From a virus (lineage: Duplodnaviria; Caudoviricetes): a DNA stretch of 38,199 nucleotides. A model generated the notes under the pieces. It made no database searches. It was not told the DNA's origin and saw nothing but the letters and a program-made list of their open reading frames with translations. This document shows positions 24,188 to 32,652 of this stretch, one piece after another. The DNA lies in IMG/VR virus record IMGVR_UViG_3300030037_000002, positions 1-38,199 of that record. One strand, 5' to 3'. The position numbers and the translations under genes were made by a program. The stretch's first letter is position 1. Every line of letters starts with the position of its first letter.

Positions 24188-25541
24188 CTTCCTTTCCCTT
24201 ATCTTCGTAAGCCGTTATTGCCGCCTGAGCCTCTAAAGTATTTACATCTTCAAAGTAACCATTTTCAAGTGTCATATATGCAGTTCCATCCCCCCCATTA
24301 CGGTTTAACCTAACGATTGCTTCAGTGTAGTTGTAAGGCACATCCTTGTTGTAAACTTTTTCGCGGTACAATCCAATCCATACGTCACAATCTTGCTCTA
24401 TTTGACCAGTGTCGCGGCTATCTGATGGCATAGGGCGCTTATCATTACGAGATTCTAATCCACGGTTTAGCTGTGTTAATAGTAGTATCACGCATCCGAG
24501 TTCTTTAGCTAATAATTTAAGCTGCTTTGTTATCTCACCATATTTTAAATCGTTCCGTTCTGCTTCTTTATCGCTACCCATTAAAGTTAGGTAATCAATA
24601 ACAATTAATCCGTGCTTGTGAATGCGCTGCTGCTTTCTAACTTCTGATTTAATGAATCCGATAGTTATACCGCCTGTGTCACATATTGCTATTTTAGTTT
24701 GTGCAAGCTCCATATTATCGTTTCCGACACTATCCCAGTATCCAGTGTTATCCATTGGTATAGTGTAAAAGTTGTTACTGTTGCTTTTGGTTTTTTCGCT
24801 TAGCATTCTTTCCCATATATCCACTGAGCGCATCTCAAGTGAGAATACCGAAACTCCTTCGTTACGATTCATTAAATAATGACAAACCATTTTTGTAGCC
24901 AAGAAAGTCTTGCCCATTTTTGGACGAGCTCCAACTACCACTAGTGATCCTGGCTTAACTTGTTTAGGCTTCATTAGTTCGTCAAGTTCAGCAACCCCGA
25001 GATCATAAACGTGTGAGTTACCGTTTTTAAAATCATCTATATCATCTAGCCATTCGCCAGCAATATCTAAACCGCTTTTTAATCCTTGAGTTTTTCTAGA
25101 GTCAATAGATTCTAATATGCCTCCTATAACGGATTCCGCTAAGCCGATTCTTTGCGCGATAGTCCCGTTGACATGGTTTGATATTATATCTTGGAGATCT
25201 GCCATTTTAGATAGCGCATATCTCTCGATAGCAGCGTCTTTGATAGTTTGAGTGTACTGCCTGAACACTTCTGTGTTGCAGCCATGTGAGTAACAACGGT
25301 CTACTTCAAAAATATCTATTTCGGTATGTTTATCAAGGTAACTAGCGACTGATAGCTGATCAAACTGTTTTTCACTGAGTGTTAATGTTTTAATTGCCTT
25401 GTAAATCTCACTGTGAACACGGCTAAAAAACGAGTTAGGCTTTAATGTTCTTAATACGTGACTAGCAATGTCTGAGTCGGAATTGTTTAATCTCATCAAT
25501 CCACCAAGAAGCGATTGCTCCATTTGAAATTCTTTATTCAT
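24126..25541 (-). CDS. dnaB: Replicative DNA helicase, DnaB family
   Basis: GARPKMGKT, FSLEM, IVIDYLTLM, QLNRGLESR and SRDTGQIEQDCD motifs. Confidence 0.96.
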   Translation of the reverse strand: MNKEFQMEQSLLGGLMRLNNSDSDIASHVLRTLKPNSFFSRVHSEIYKAIKTLTLSEKQFDQLSVASYLDKHTEIDIFEVDRCYSHGCNTEVFRQYTQTIKDAAIERYALSKMADLQDIISNHVNGTIAQRIGLAESVIGGILESIDSRKTQGLKSGLDIAGEWLDDIDDFKNGNSHVYDLGVAELDELMKPKQVKPGSLVVVGARPKMGKTFLATKMVCHYLMNRNEGVSVFSLEMRSVDIWERMLSEKTKSNSNNFYTIPMDNTGYWDSVGNDNMELAQTKIAICDTGGITIGFIKSEVRKQQRIHKHGLIVIDYLTLMGSDKEAERNDLKYGEITKQLKLLAKELGCVILLLTQLNRGLESRNDKRPMPSDSRDTGQIEQDCDVWIGLYREKVYNKDVPYNYTEAIVRLNRNGGDGTAYMTLENGYFEDVNTLEAQAAITAYEDKGKEDEQQQKSQYSGYKKQPTNKG

Positions 25542-26169
25542 CGTTGTATCTCTCTTGATTTAGGTATGTAGTTGGCATAGGGATAAATTCTTTTTTTATT
25601 TCTTTGTATGTCGTTGTTGAGTGATCACAAATGTTATCCATGAATACAACCAAATCCCCTTCGCTCATTCCTTTTATCTTTTTGTTAAATAGTTTTTCAG
25701 CAGTTATCTTTGCTTCTTTCTTTGGATACCTAGACCACCAAAAATCGAAAGGTGTTTGTTCTGCTTGCTGAACAATATCTTTATTGTTAGGAGTAGTGTT
25801 AGGAGTACTGTTAAGAACGAGAGACTCTCTGTCGCCTACTAACCGACTCTCTGTCGCCAACTGGGGACTCTCTGTCGCCTCAGGTTCCTGTAACCGACAG
25901 AGTGACACCCCCATTTCATCACCAGACAAAGTATATAAAGACGGTCTGTTTGATCTTCTTTCAACTGTTAAAATACCCATCTTTTCCATTTCAGCTATCT
26001 TTCTTTGAAAAGTCTTCTCGCTCATACCGCAAGAGATTGCCATTTTTGATATTGAATAAAAACTAAATCCATCATCATCGGCATTGTTTGCTAGTTGAAG
26101 TAGCGCCAGCTTAAGGGGTGCGTTTACTATTGGCGTGTCCCACGCTAGAAACGTGTATTTGGCGCTCAT
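25534..26169 (-). CDS. Replication initiator (lambda O-like architecture, N-terminal HTH)
   Basis: KLALLQLANNADDDG..SISKMA HTH; C-terminal FDFWWSRYPKK...PTTYLNQERY; internal iterons; upstream of dnaB. Confidence 0.9.
   Translation of the reverse strand: MSAKYTFLAWDTPIVNAPLKLALLQLANNADDDGFSFYSISKMAISCGMSEKTFQRKIAEMEKMGILTVERRSNRPSLYTLSGDEMGVSLCRLQEPEATESPQLATESRLVGDRESLVLNSTPNTTPNNKDIVQQAEQTPFDFWWSRYPKKEAKITAEKLFNKKIKGMSEGDLVVFMDNICDHSTTTYKEIKKEFIPMPTTYLNQERYNDE
25823..25909. repeat. Iterons, likely replication origin
   Basis: GACTCTCTGTCGCC at 25823, 25845 and 25866 (22/21-bp spacing) plus variant GACAGAGTGACACC at 25896, inside the initiator linker. Confidence 0.8.
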
Positions 26170-26366
26170 TACTTAGACCTCGCATCGTTAATTAAAACCA
26201 AGTCGATAGCCTTATCAACGTCTCTTGCGGCCATTGCTTGTATCTGCGCTAAACCTAACTTCATAGCTGCTCTTGCTACCTTGCTAGAATCAGTTCCTAC
26301 AACAGCTACTACATCTTTAATCTTTAATGCCTGTGTATCGCTAAACTTAATCGGTAAAACTTTCAT
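26169..26366 (-). CDS. 65-aa putative ribbon-helix-helix regulator
   Basis: MKVLPIKFSDTQALKIKDVVAVVGTDSSKVARAAMKLGL; the ORF-track upstream extension overlaps the promoter. Confidence 0.65.
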   Translation of the reverse strand: MKVLPIKFSDTQALKIKDVVAVVGTDSSKVARAAMKLGLAQIQAMAARDVDKAIDLVLINDARSK

Positions 26367-26397
26367 ATTTATATTCTCGTTCGTTAATGATGGTTGA

Positions 26398-26501
26398 ATT
26401 ATGGCACAGCTATTATTGTATGTAAACACATTAATGCCTATTATCGTACCTACAAATATATTCACAAATGTATTGACACATTAAACAACACGCGCTAATA
26501 T
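26398..26501. promoter_or_regulatory. Divergent sigma70-like promoter pair
   Basis: Leftward TTTACA-17-CATAAT (26426-26398); rightward TTGACA-17-TAATAT (26473-26501). Confidence 0.75.
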
Positions 26502-26540
26502 TTACCCCATCAACAACGCAAACAACTAACGAGAAATAAT

Positions 26541-26687
26541 ATGAAAACTTATCGAGTAACTTATAAAAACAACTTTGCTAGACAGTTATTAACACTTGAA
26601 GCTAAAGACGAAGCTCAGTTATTAAGATTACTTGATATGCGTTGCATCAATGAATCACAAATCGTTTCAATTAAAGAAGGTTGCTAA
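26541..26687 (+). CDS. 48-aa hypothetical protein
   Basis: MKTYRVTYKNN...; first ORF after the promoter. Confidence 0.6.
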   Translation: MKTYRVTYKNNFARQLLTLEAKDEAQLLRLLDMRCINESQIVSIKEGC

Positions 26688-26689
26688 TA

Positions 26690-27394
26690 ATGAAAGTTTT
26701 AATAGCGTGTGAATACTCAGGAAGGGTAAGGGATGCATTTACAGCAAAAGGTCATGATGCTTTAAGTTGCGATCTCCTTGGGTCGGACTCTCCAGGTAAG
26801 CATTACAAAGGCGACATGTTTAATTTAGATCTTGAATCGTTTGATTTGATTATCGCGCATCCTCCTTGTACTTTTTTAACTGGGTCGGCAGAATGGGCTT
26901 TTGATGATAAACCAATGATCCAAGGCAAACCAAGAAACATCAAACCAGGAACATTAATCGGAGATGCAAGGCGCAAAGCTAGAGAAGATGCTTTGTTATT
27001 TGTTGATAAGATATGGGCACTGCCTGTAAAGAAAATTTGCATTGAAAATCCAGTGGGTGTAATTACAAAAAGATTACCTCACATGGGTAAACCTCAATAT
27101 ATATAACAATATTGGTTTGGTGAAAACGCTAGCAAAAAGACGGGATTGTGGCTAAAGGGCTTGCCAAGGCTAACTCCAACAAATCAAATTGAAGGGCGCA
27201 TGGTTTGTTGTGGTCAGGTTGTTACCGATCGTTACGGGTGCCCTAACTGCTGCGGTGATAAAAATCCAGTTTATCGGTGGGACAATCAAACTAATTCAGG
27301 GCAAAATAAATTACCTCCTTCAAAAGATCGGTGGAAAATAAGAAGCACGACACCGCAAGGTATAGCTAACGCAATGGCTGATCAATGGGGATAG
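26690..27394 (+). pseudogene. Phage-type C5 cytosine methyltransferase-like gene interrupted by an in-frame TAA at 27104-27106
   Basis: KVLIACEYSG, DLIIAHPPCT and IENP before the stop; QYWFG..SKKTGLWLKGLP...RSTTPQGIANAMADQWG after it in the same frame. Confidence 0.8.
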
Positions 27395-27442
27395 TAAGCG
27401 ATTTAAACAACTAACAGCGCTTAGCGCAAGAGGAACTGAATA

Positions 27443-27724
27443 ATGTTAAACATGAAAGCACTTAGAAGAATTAAACCGTTAGGCTGTGTAGATGATTACA
27501 TAGCAGGTCATGGCGAGAATGGCAGACTAAATAAAAGCACCTTGGAAATTGGGCAGGAGTATCGAAAAGCAGTATATGATTTTTTACTGGATAACGGTGC
27601 GGCAACTATCGGCACTATATCGGTGATGTTGAATATTAATGTAAATCTTCGTCCTGCCATTGGTCGTAGTCGTCGCATTACGTATTACAGCCTGGCAAAG
27701 GACGTTATCAATGAAAAAAGATAA
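27443..27724 (+). CDS. Hypothetical protein (possible winged-helix)
   Basis: AGAGGA RBS; AVYDFLLDNGAATIGTISVML pattern. Confidence 0.6.
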   Translation: MLNMKALRRIKPLGCVDDYIAGHGENGRLNKSTLEIGQEYRKAVYDFLLDNGAATIGTISVMLNINVNLRPAIGRSRRITYYSLAKDVINEKR

Positions 27725-27793
27725 AACAAAGATAGTGTTATTATTGAGTGTGACTGTTTTTTGGTATGGTTTTTATTTGGCATGGGGTGTGTT

Positions 27794-28189
27794 ATGAGTA
27801 GAGTAATTAAGTTTAGAGCGTGGGGAGATAGAAACAAAGTTATGACAACGCCATATATTTGGCTTAACGATGAAAACCTAGTTGGCCAGTCGATGATTAG
27901 TGCTCCTAGTCATGTAATGCAATTCACAGGGTTAATCGATAAGAATGGTGTTGAGATTTATGAAGGTGATATTACCAAAACTGTTAGTGAGATGTTGCGG
28001 CCTTTCGATCGCTCTGTAAAAACACGAACAGGTGAGTATGTAACAAAATTCAGAGAGATTGAGTACAAGACTAGCAAGTCTAGCTTTGGGTTTGTTGATT
28101 CTTGCATGACTGGCATCAGTCAAAAACACGCAACTAAATGGCTAGAGGTTGTAGGTAATATTCACGAAAACCCTGAGCTATTAAAGTGA
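27794..28189 (+). CDS. YopX family protein
   Basis: IKFRAW, MQFTGLIDKNGVEIYEGDI and EVVGNIHENPELL motifs. Confidence 0.93.
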   Translation: MSRVIKFRAWGDRNKVMTTPYIWLNDENLVGQSMISAPSHVMQFTGLIDKNGVEIYEGDITKTVSEMLRPFDRSVKTRTGEYVTKFREIEYKTSKSSFGFVDSCMTGISQKHATKWLEVVGNIHENPELLK

Positions 28190-28629
28190 AAATCAACTTA
28201 ATCAAAACTAACGAGGGCTCTTTTATCCCATGCGATGAAGAGTCTCAGATTAAAATGGCAAAGTTTAAAGTCGGAGTTATTCATAGTCACGATGTAAAGG
28301 TTAATCAGAATTATCGCTTACACTCTAAACTGTTCGGCTTCTTTGCTTTCTGTACTAATTACTACTACGGAGATATGGAGGCTCACAAAGACGAATACAG
28401 CGTGTTATATGTTCGCAACAAGCTAACTGTCATTGCAGGGTATTTTAAGCAGCAGTATTCGCGTGACGGTACTAGCTTTGAATTAATACCGCTAAGTTTG
28501 AAGTATGAAAAGATGACGCCTGAAGCTAGGCAGGATTTTTACAGTAAGATCATCGATGCTGCATTAAAGCGAGTATTTGATAAGACGACTGATGAGAATG
28601 TTTTAAATCAATTAAGAGGATGGTTCTAA
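28186..28629 (+). CDS. DUF1367-like protein
   Basis: NYRLHSKLFGFF, LTVIAGY and SLKYEKM motifs; nin-region context. Confidence 0.75.
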   Translation: MKINLIKTNEGSFIPCDEESQIKMAKFKVGVIHSHDVKVNQNYRLHSKLFGFFAFCTNYYYGDMEAHKDEYSVLYVRNKLTVIAGYFKQQYSRDGTSFELIPLSLKYEKMTPEARQDFYSKIIDAALKRVFDKTTDENVLNQLRGWF

Positions 28630-28739
28630 TGACTATTACAGATAATCTAAAATACTATTTACTATTGCTAGCTGGGTTTGTTGTTACTGCCATCGTGATG
28701 TTTAGTGTGATTAAATATGTAGAGGTAGCTTATGGCTAA
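28629..28739 (+). CDS. 36-aa single-TM peptide
   Basis: TAATG coupling; YYLLLLAGFVVTAIVMFSVIKY. Confidence 0.5.
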   Translation: MTITDNLKYYLLLLAGFVVTAIVMFSVIKYVEVAYG

Positions 28740-29289
28740 CAGTAAAAGAAGGTGTCGCGAGTGTAAGAAGTACTCTGCTTTTGAGTGCGGCATATTTTTA
28801 AATAACGCTTACTACTGCGATAGAGAATGTATTGTTAGATATGGAATGGCTAACAAGGAAAAAGGTAAACGAATAAAGCATCGCGAACAAAAGCGTGAGT
28901 ATGTAGCTAATAAACTAACTACACGTAAACGTGCGGCTAAGGAAGCTTGTCACTTATACATTCGCACCAGAGATAAGGGTAAGCCGTGTATTTGTTGCGG
29001 GGAGCCTTTAGGTGATTCTTTTCATGCCGGTCATTTTTGGGAGTCTGGTAACTTTTCGTTTATCAGGTTTAATGAGGATAATATTCACGGGCAAAAGGAA
29101 TCTTGTAATACCTACAAAGGTGGTGATTCAGGGTTTTACCGTCAGAATTTGATTGAACGAATAGGATTAGAAAGGGTTCAGTATTTAGATGATAACCGCA
29201 GCAATAAAACAAAACTTACTGCTGATGATTACCGAGAAATTGAGGCCGAATATAAAGTTAAATTAGAAGAGTTAATAAACAAAGGCTAG
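28732..29289 (+). CDS. ninG: NinG/Rap-family endonuclease
   Basis: CREC, YIRTRDKGKPCICCG, HAGHF and RFNEDNIHGQ..SCN motifs. Confidence 0.9.
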   Translation: MANSKRRCRECKKYSAFECGIFLNNAYYCDRECIVRYGMANKEKGKRIKHREQKREYVANKLTTRKRAAKEACHLYIRTRDKGKPCICCGEPLGDSFHAGHFWESGNFSFIRFNEDNIHGQKESCNTYKGGDSGFYRQNLIERIGLERVQYLDDNRSNKTKLTADDYREIEAEYKVKLEELINKG

Positions 29290-29308
29290 TGACGGCTAGC
29301 TAATTTGT

Positions 29309-29335
29309 GCCGCTATCATCCTTGTAGCGGCTTTT
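29309..29335 (+). terminator. Intrinsic terminator
   Basis: GCCGCTA...TAGCGGCTTTT between convergent operons. Confidence 0.65.
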
Positions 29336-30031
29336 CTATTTAGAATATTGGTATACAGTTTTGTTTATTTGGTCTAGTACCCATATATCACCGTCTTTTG
29401 ATGCTAAGTCAGAAGGTAGCTGCGACTCAGCAGCAACAGAGAATGATTCACCCGTGTCTGAGCCGTCTAATGTGTACCTTCTTGCTGCGTCTTCTGCACT
29501 GCCAACAATCCAAAGGTTGCCGTTATGTGAGTCAATTGACGCTGGAGTTTGTTGCACCGAGTTTGCGCTATAACTACTTCCCGTGTAGCTCCCTGTTGAA
29601 GTGTATTCGTAAAATTTATTAACAACGCCAACCTCATTTGACACCATCCAAAAGTGTGTACCGTCCCATCCTATACCTCTGGCATTGGAGTTTTCCCACA
29701 CCCTGAAGTGTACGCCAGTGTAGGTGCCTGCCGTCGTGTATTCGTAAATCTCAATACTGCCACTATCTAAAACCCGCAAGTTTGTGCCGTCAAATGTTAT
29801 CGTAACTGGTGAGTTTGCCTCATCGCTTACGTCAAAAAAGAAATTATCATACGCGCCTGCCGCTGTATACCTTCGCACAACTCTATTCGTACTATCTACC
29901 ACCCAAAAAAAACCACCTCCCCACGTCAGTCCTGTTGGGTTTGTAGTTATATTGACACTAAAGCTATTTCCAGTGTATTTAAAAGCACCGACACCACCAG
30001 CTATAGCCCCTATCATGAAACGTCTGCGCAT
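29336..30031 (-). CDS. Beta-propeller protein, likely tail-tip adhesin
   Basis: About five ~43-aa repeats (GxxWDG..WV.......YT..G.YTG..F.V); follows the tailspike. Confidence 0.7.
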   Translation of the reverse strand: MRRRFMIGAIAGGVGAFKYTGNSFSVNITTNPTGLTWGGGFFWVVDSTNRVVRRYTAAGAYDNFFFDVSDEANSPVTITFDGTNLRVLDSGSIEIYEYTTAGTYTGVHFRVWENSNARGIGWDGTHFWMVSNEVGVVNKFYEYTSTGSYTGSSYSANSVQQTPASIDSHNGNLWIVGSAEDAARRYTLDGSDTGESFSVAAESQLPSDLASKDGDIWVLDQINKTVYQYSK

Positions 30032-30033
30032 AA

Positions 30034-32652
30034 TTACACCCTTTGCCAGATTGTCGGTGACACCTTAGTAAATCCGTTCACCCCGTCAGCGTCGCTAAGT
30101 GCGTCATTTAATCGCATAGTGTCAGTGCCTAATACAGCAACACCGACAGATCCTGCACCAAGATTAAGCGCGAACACTTCAAATTCATCAACTAATCCGT
30201 CAGGGAATGTGAGTATTAAATCTGATGCGCTATTAGCAACCAAGTTAACACCGTTATCCTCTGTTTTTACAAGGTACGCAGCAGGCACCGTTCGATTTCT
30301 TGCAGGGAATAGCTCATTATTCAATGTATTTCCGTTTATTGACCTACCACCGCCAGAGCCGCTAATTGTCATAGTTACATTATTGTGAGTGTTGTTGTTG
30401 TACTGCAAAGAGCCGTCAGCCGTAGCGTTATCAAATATTTTTACTTCTCCGCCCCTTAGATTGTTAGATTCTATATTTATAATATGTTTATTGTTGATTG
30501 TGCTAAAACTATTCGATTCAATTATATGACTACCGTCCCAGTTAACATCAGCATTACTTAGTTTTATTCTAACTGTTGCAGTGCTTGCGGTTAGTGAATT
30601 CAAATCAATAAACGCACCTGTATTCGTTTGGCCTGTATGATCTCCACCTGTAATACTCAACAATCCCGAAGCCCCGTCTTCAGGCGCTACTCTAAACCCT
30701 GTATTATCAGTATCAGTGTGATTAAGTATTATGCGTTGGTCTGCATTGAATGCGGCAATAAGTGCGGATGTTTCATTTAGTATCTCACCTCCGTTCATCG
30801 TCAAGTGACCACTAGGGATAGGGTTAGTAACAAATCTTTTAAGCACACAGTTTGCAGCTACCGTTTCATACCCCCTCATATTGTTACCATGCAAGGTTAC
30901 TGTCTGCATATCAATTTCACAATTCGTTATCGTGGCGTTGACATCGCTAGTTAAATTTAGCGCGTTATTGATGTTTAACCCGTTACTATACGTGCTATCG
31001 CTTGACTTAAACCCAGCCCAATGAACGCTGCACTCATCAATTGTTGAGTCGTTTATAGTTAGGTCACTCGTAGGGAATGTAAAATCGTTAGCGGTTAATT
31101 TAGACGCAGTCACATTGGTTAAAATCTTTTTGCGCTTGCTTAGGTTAGAGCGGTTTGTAAGTGTTATTTCACCTGCGCAGACAAAGTTTTCCAGTACTAG
31201 CCCGTCATCATTAAATAATGCGTTGCCATCATTGCCGATACTGGCAGTCTCAACCACATTAACATCGCGCATAGTTAAATCTGAAACGAAGTTCTCACAA
31301 AAGAACTGCGTTAAATTAGAGTTATCAACTGTAATTCGTTTAGCTGACTCTCCAAAAATAGCATCACTGTTAGCAATTGACATCAAACCCGAAATACCCG
31401 AAAAGTGTATGTCGTGTTCGAATTGCCCGTGGGTAATGAAGCTACCATTTGCTGTTGAATAATCATGACTGTTGGTGACTGTGCCGTATGCTGAGCCTGT
31501 AGCGTCAACCAAGTGCCTAGCGCCTGAAGCGCCCGAAGCCTCTGTAGTAAACCGCTGCGAATACTGCCATTGGACACCGTACCCTTCGCCACCTCCAACA
31601 CTTCTTGGGTGTCTAACCTCGTTCCTTGACTCTTTACAGTCCATCGTCCATAGCGCATGAAGCATTGGTAATCTACCGTCAACCCATAGTACATTCTCAA
31701 GTAAGCAGTCTTTTGCATACTTGAAAACCACACCACAAGCCCACTTCGTTTCGTCTAATGTTGTCGATTCATCTATCAAAGTGAAACTCTTAAATACGAC
31801 ATTTTTAGCTGGGGTTGTATCGTAGTAATACATTGTGCTGCCTGATGGTATATCCCACCCTAATTTGTAGTCACACTGAAGCATGTGATCAACAGCGTTT
31901 CTTGTCCAAGTAGTTAATATTTGGCACAAGAAGTTTTGAGGGGCAAAATAGTTAGGTGTTGAGTAATCACCCGTCGACAGTATTATGAAATTATCCTGCA
32001 CAAAGCTTGTAGGCGTTGTTATAGGGTAATTAACCGCTGTACCGTCAAGGATAACACTTGATGTAACCACCGACTCAATAAGCCCGTTAAGTGTACCTGT
32101 GGCATTAAATACACCAACGTCACGTCCAATACCTGCGTCTTGAGTGACATCGTTACCCGTCCATTTTATTGTACACCCTCGACCATCAAAAGTAGTATTG
32201 TTAGCGGCAAAAACTGGCTGGCTTATTATGTAGGTCTTTAGCGGGTCTGCAACTATATGCCTCCCCTCCACCGATAAAGCAGAAATAAATGCCTGAGTAT
32301 CATCGCCACCACTACCGACACTGTTACCGAATAAATCAACAATAGAAGTAGGACCATCAGTTAAGTCAATAGATGGCTCTACTATATTTCGCCCACCCTC
32401 ATCAATAACAACGTCATAAATCCCGCTTGTTGCCTTGAAAACATAGTTGCCATTTGCGTCCGTGACGTGTGGATTAGATATTTGACCGCTGTTAATGTTG
32501 TATATTACCGCTAAAGCACCCTGACCAGGCACTGGTAATGATGCCAGTCTTACGGTTACGCTAACCCCTTCAGCAGCGTTTCTATCTATCAATCCTGATG
32601 TTGCGCCTAATACGTCGTTAGCATGGAATACGCTATTTCTATGTGCTTTCAT
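30034..32652 (-). CDS. Tailspike / receptor-binding protein with parallel beta-helix (depolymerase-like)
   Basis: GGDDTQAFISAL, GGGEGYGV and RHLVD motifs; Asn-rich beta-helix rungs; last large tail gene. Confidence 0.82.
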   Translation of the reverse strand: MKAHRNSVFHANDVLGATSGLIDRNAAEGVSVTVRLASLPVPGQGALAVIYNINSGQISNPHVTDANGNYVFKATSGIYDVVIDEGGRNIVEPSIDLTDGPTSIVDLFGNSVGSGGDDTQAFISALSVEGRHIVADPLKTYIISQPVFAANNTTFDGRGCTIKWTGNDVTQDAGIGRDVGVFNATGTLNGLIESVVTSSVILDGTAVNYPITTPTSFVQDNFIILSTGDYSTPNYFAPQNFLCQILTTWTRNAVDHMLQCDYKLGWDIPSGSTMYYYDTTPAKNVVFKSFTLIDESTTLDETKWACGVVFKYAKDCLLENVLWVDGRLPMLHALWTMDCKESRNEVRHPRSVGGGEGYGVQWQYSQRFTTEASGASGARHLVDATGSAYGTVTNSHDYSTANGSFITHGQFEHDIHFSGISGLMSIANSDAIFGESAKRITVDNSNLTQFFCENFVSDLTMRDVNVVETASIGNDGNALFNDDGLVLENFVCAGEITLTNRSNLSKRKKILTNVTASKLTANDFTFPTSDLTINDSTIDECSVHWAGFKSSDSTYSNGLNINNALNLTSDVNATITNCEIDMQTVTLHGNNMRGYETVAANCVLKRFVTNPIPSGHLTMNGGEILNETSALIAAFNADQRIILNHTDTDNTGFRVAPEDGASGLLSITGGDHTGQTNTGAFIDLNSLTASTATVRIKLSNADVNWDGSHIIESNSFSTINNKHIINIESNNLRGGEVKIFDNATADGSLQYNNNTHNNVTMTISGSGGGRSINGNTLNNELFPARNRTVPAAYLVKTEDNGVNLVANSASDLILTFPDGLVDEFEVFALNLGAGSVGVAVLGTDTMRLNDALSDADGVNGFTKVSPTIWQRV

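Noticed and set aside
27104-27106. Genome-wide stop codon reassignment
   Set aside because: TAA, TAG and TGA all terminate other genes normally; only one internal stop seen and no suppressor tRNA recognised
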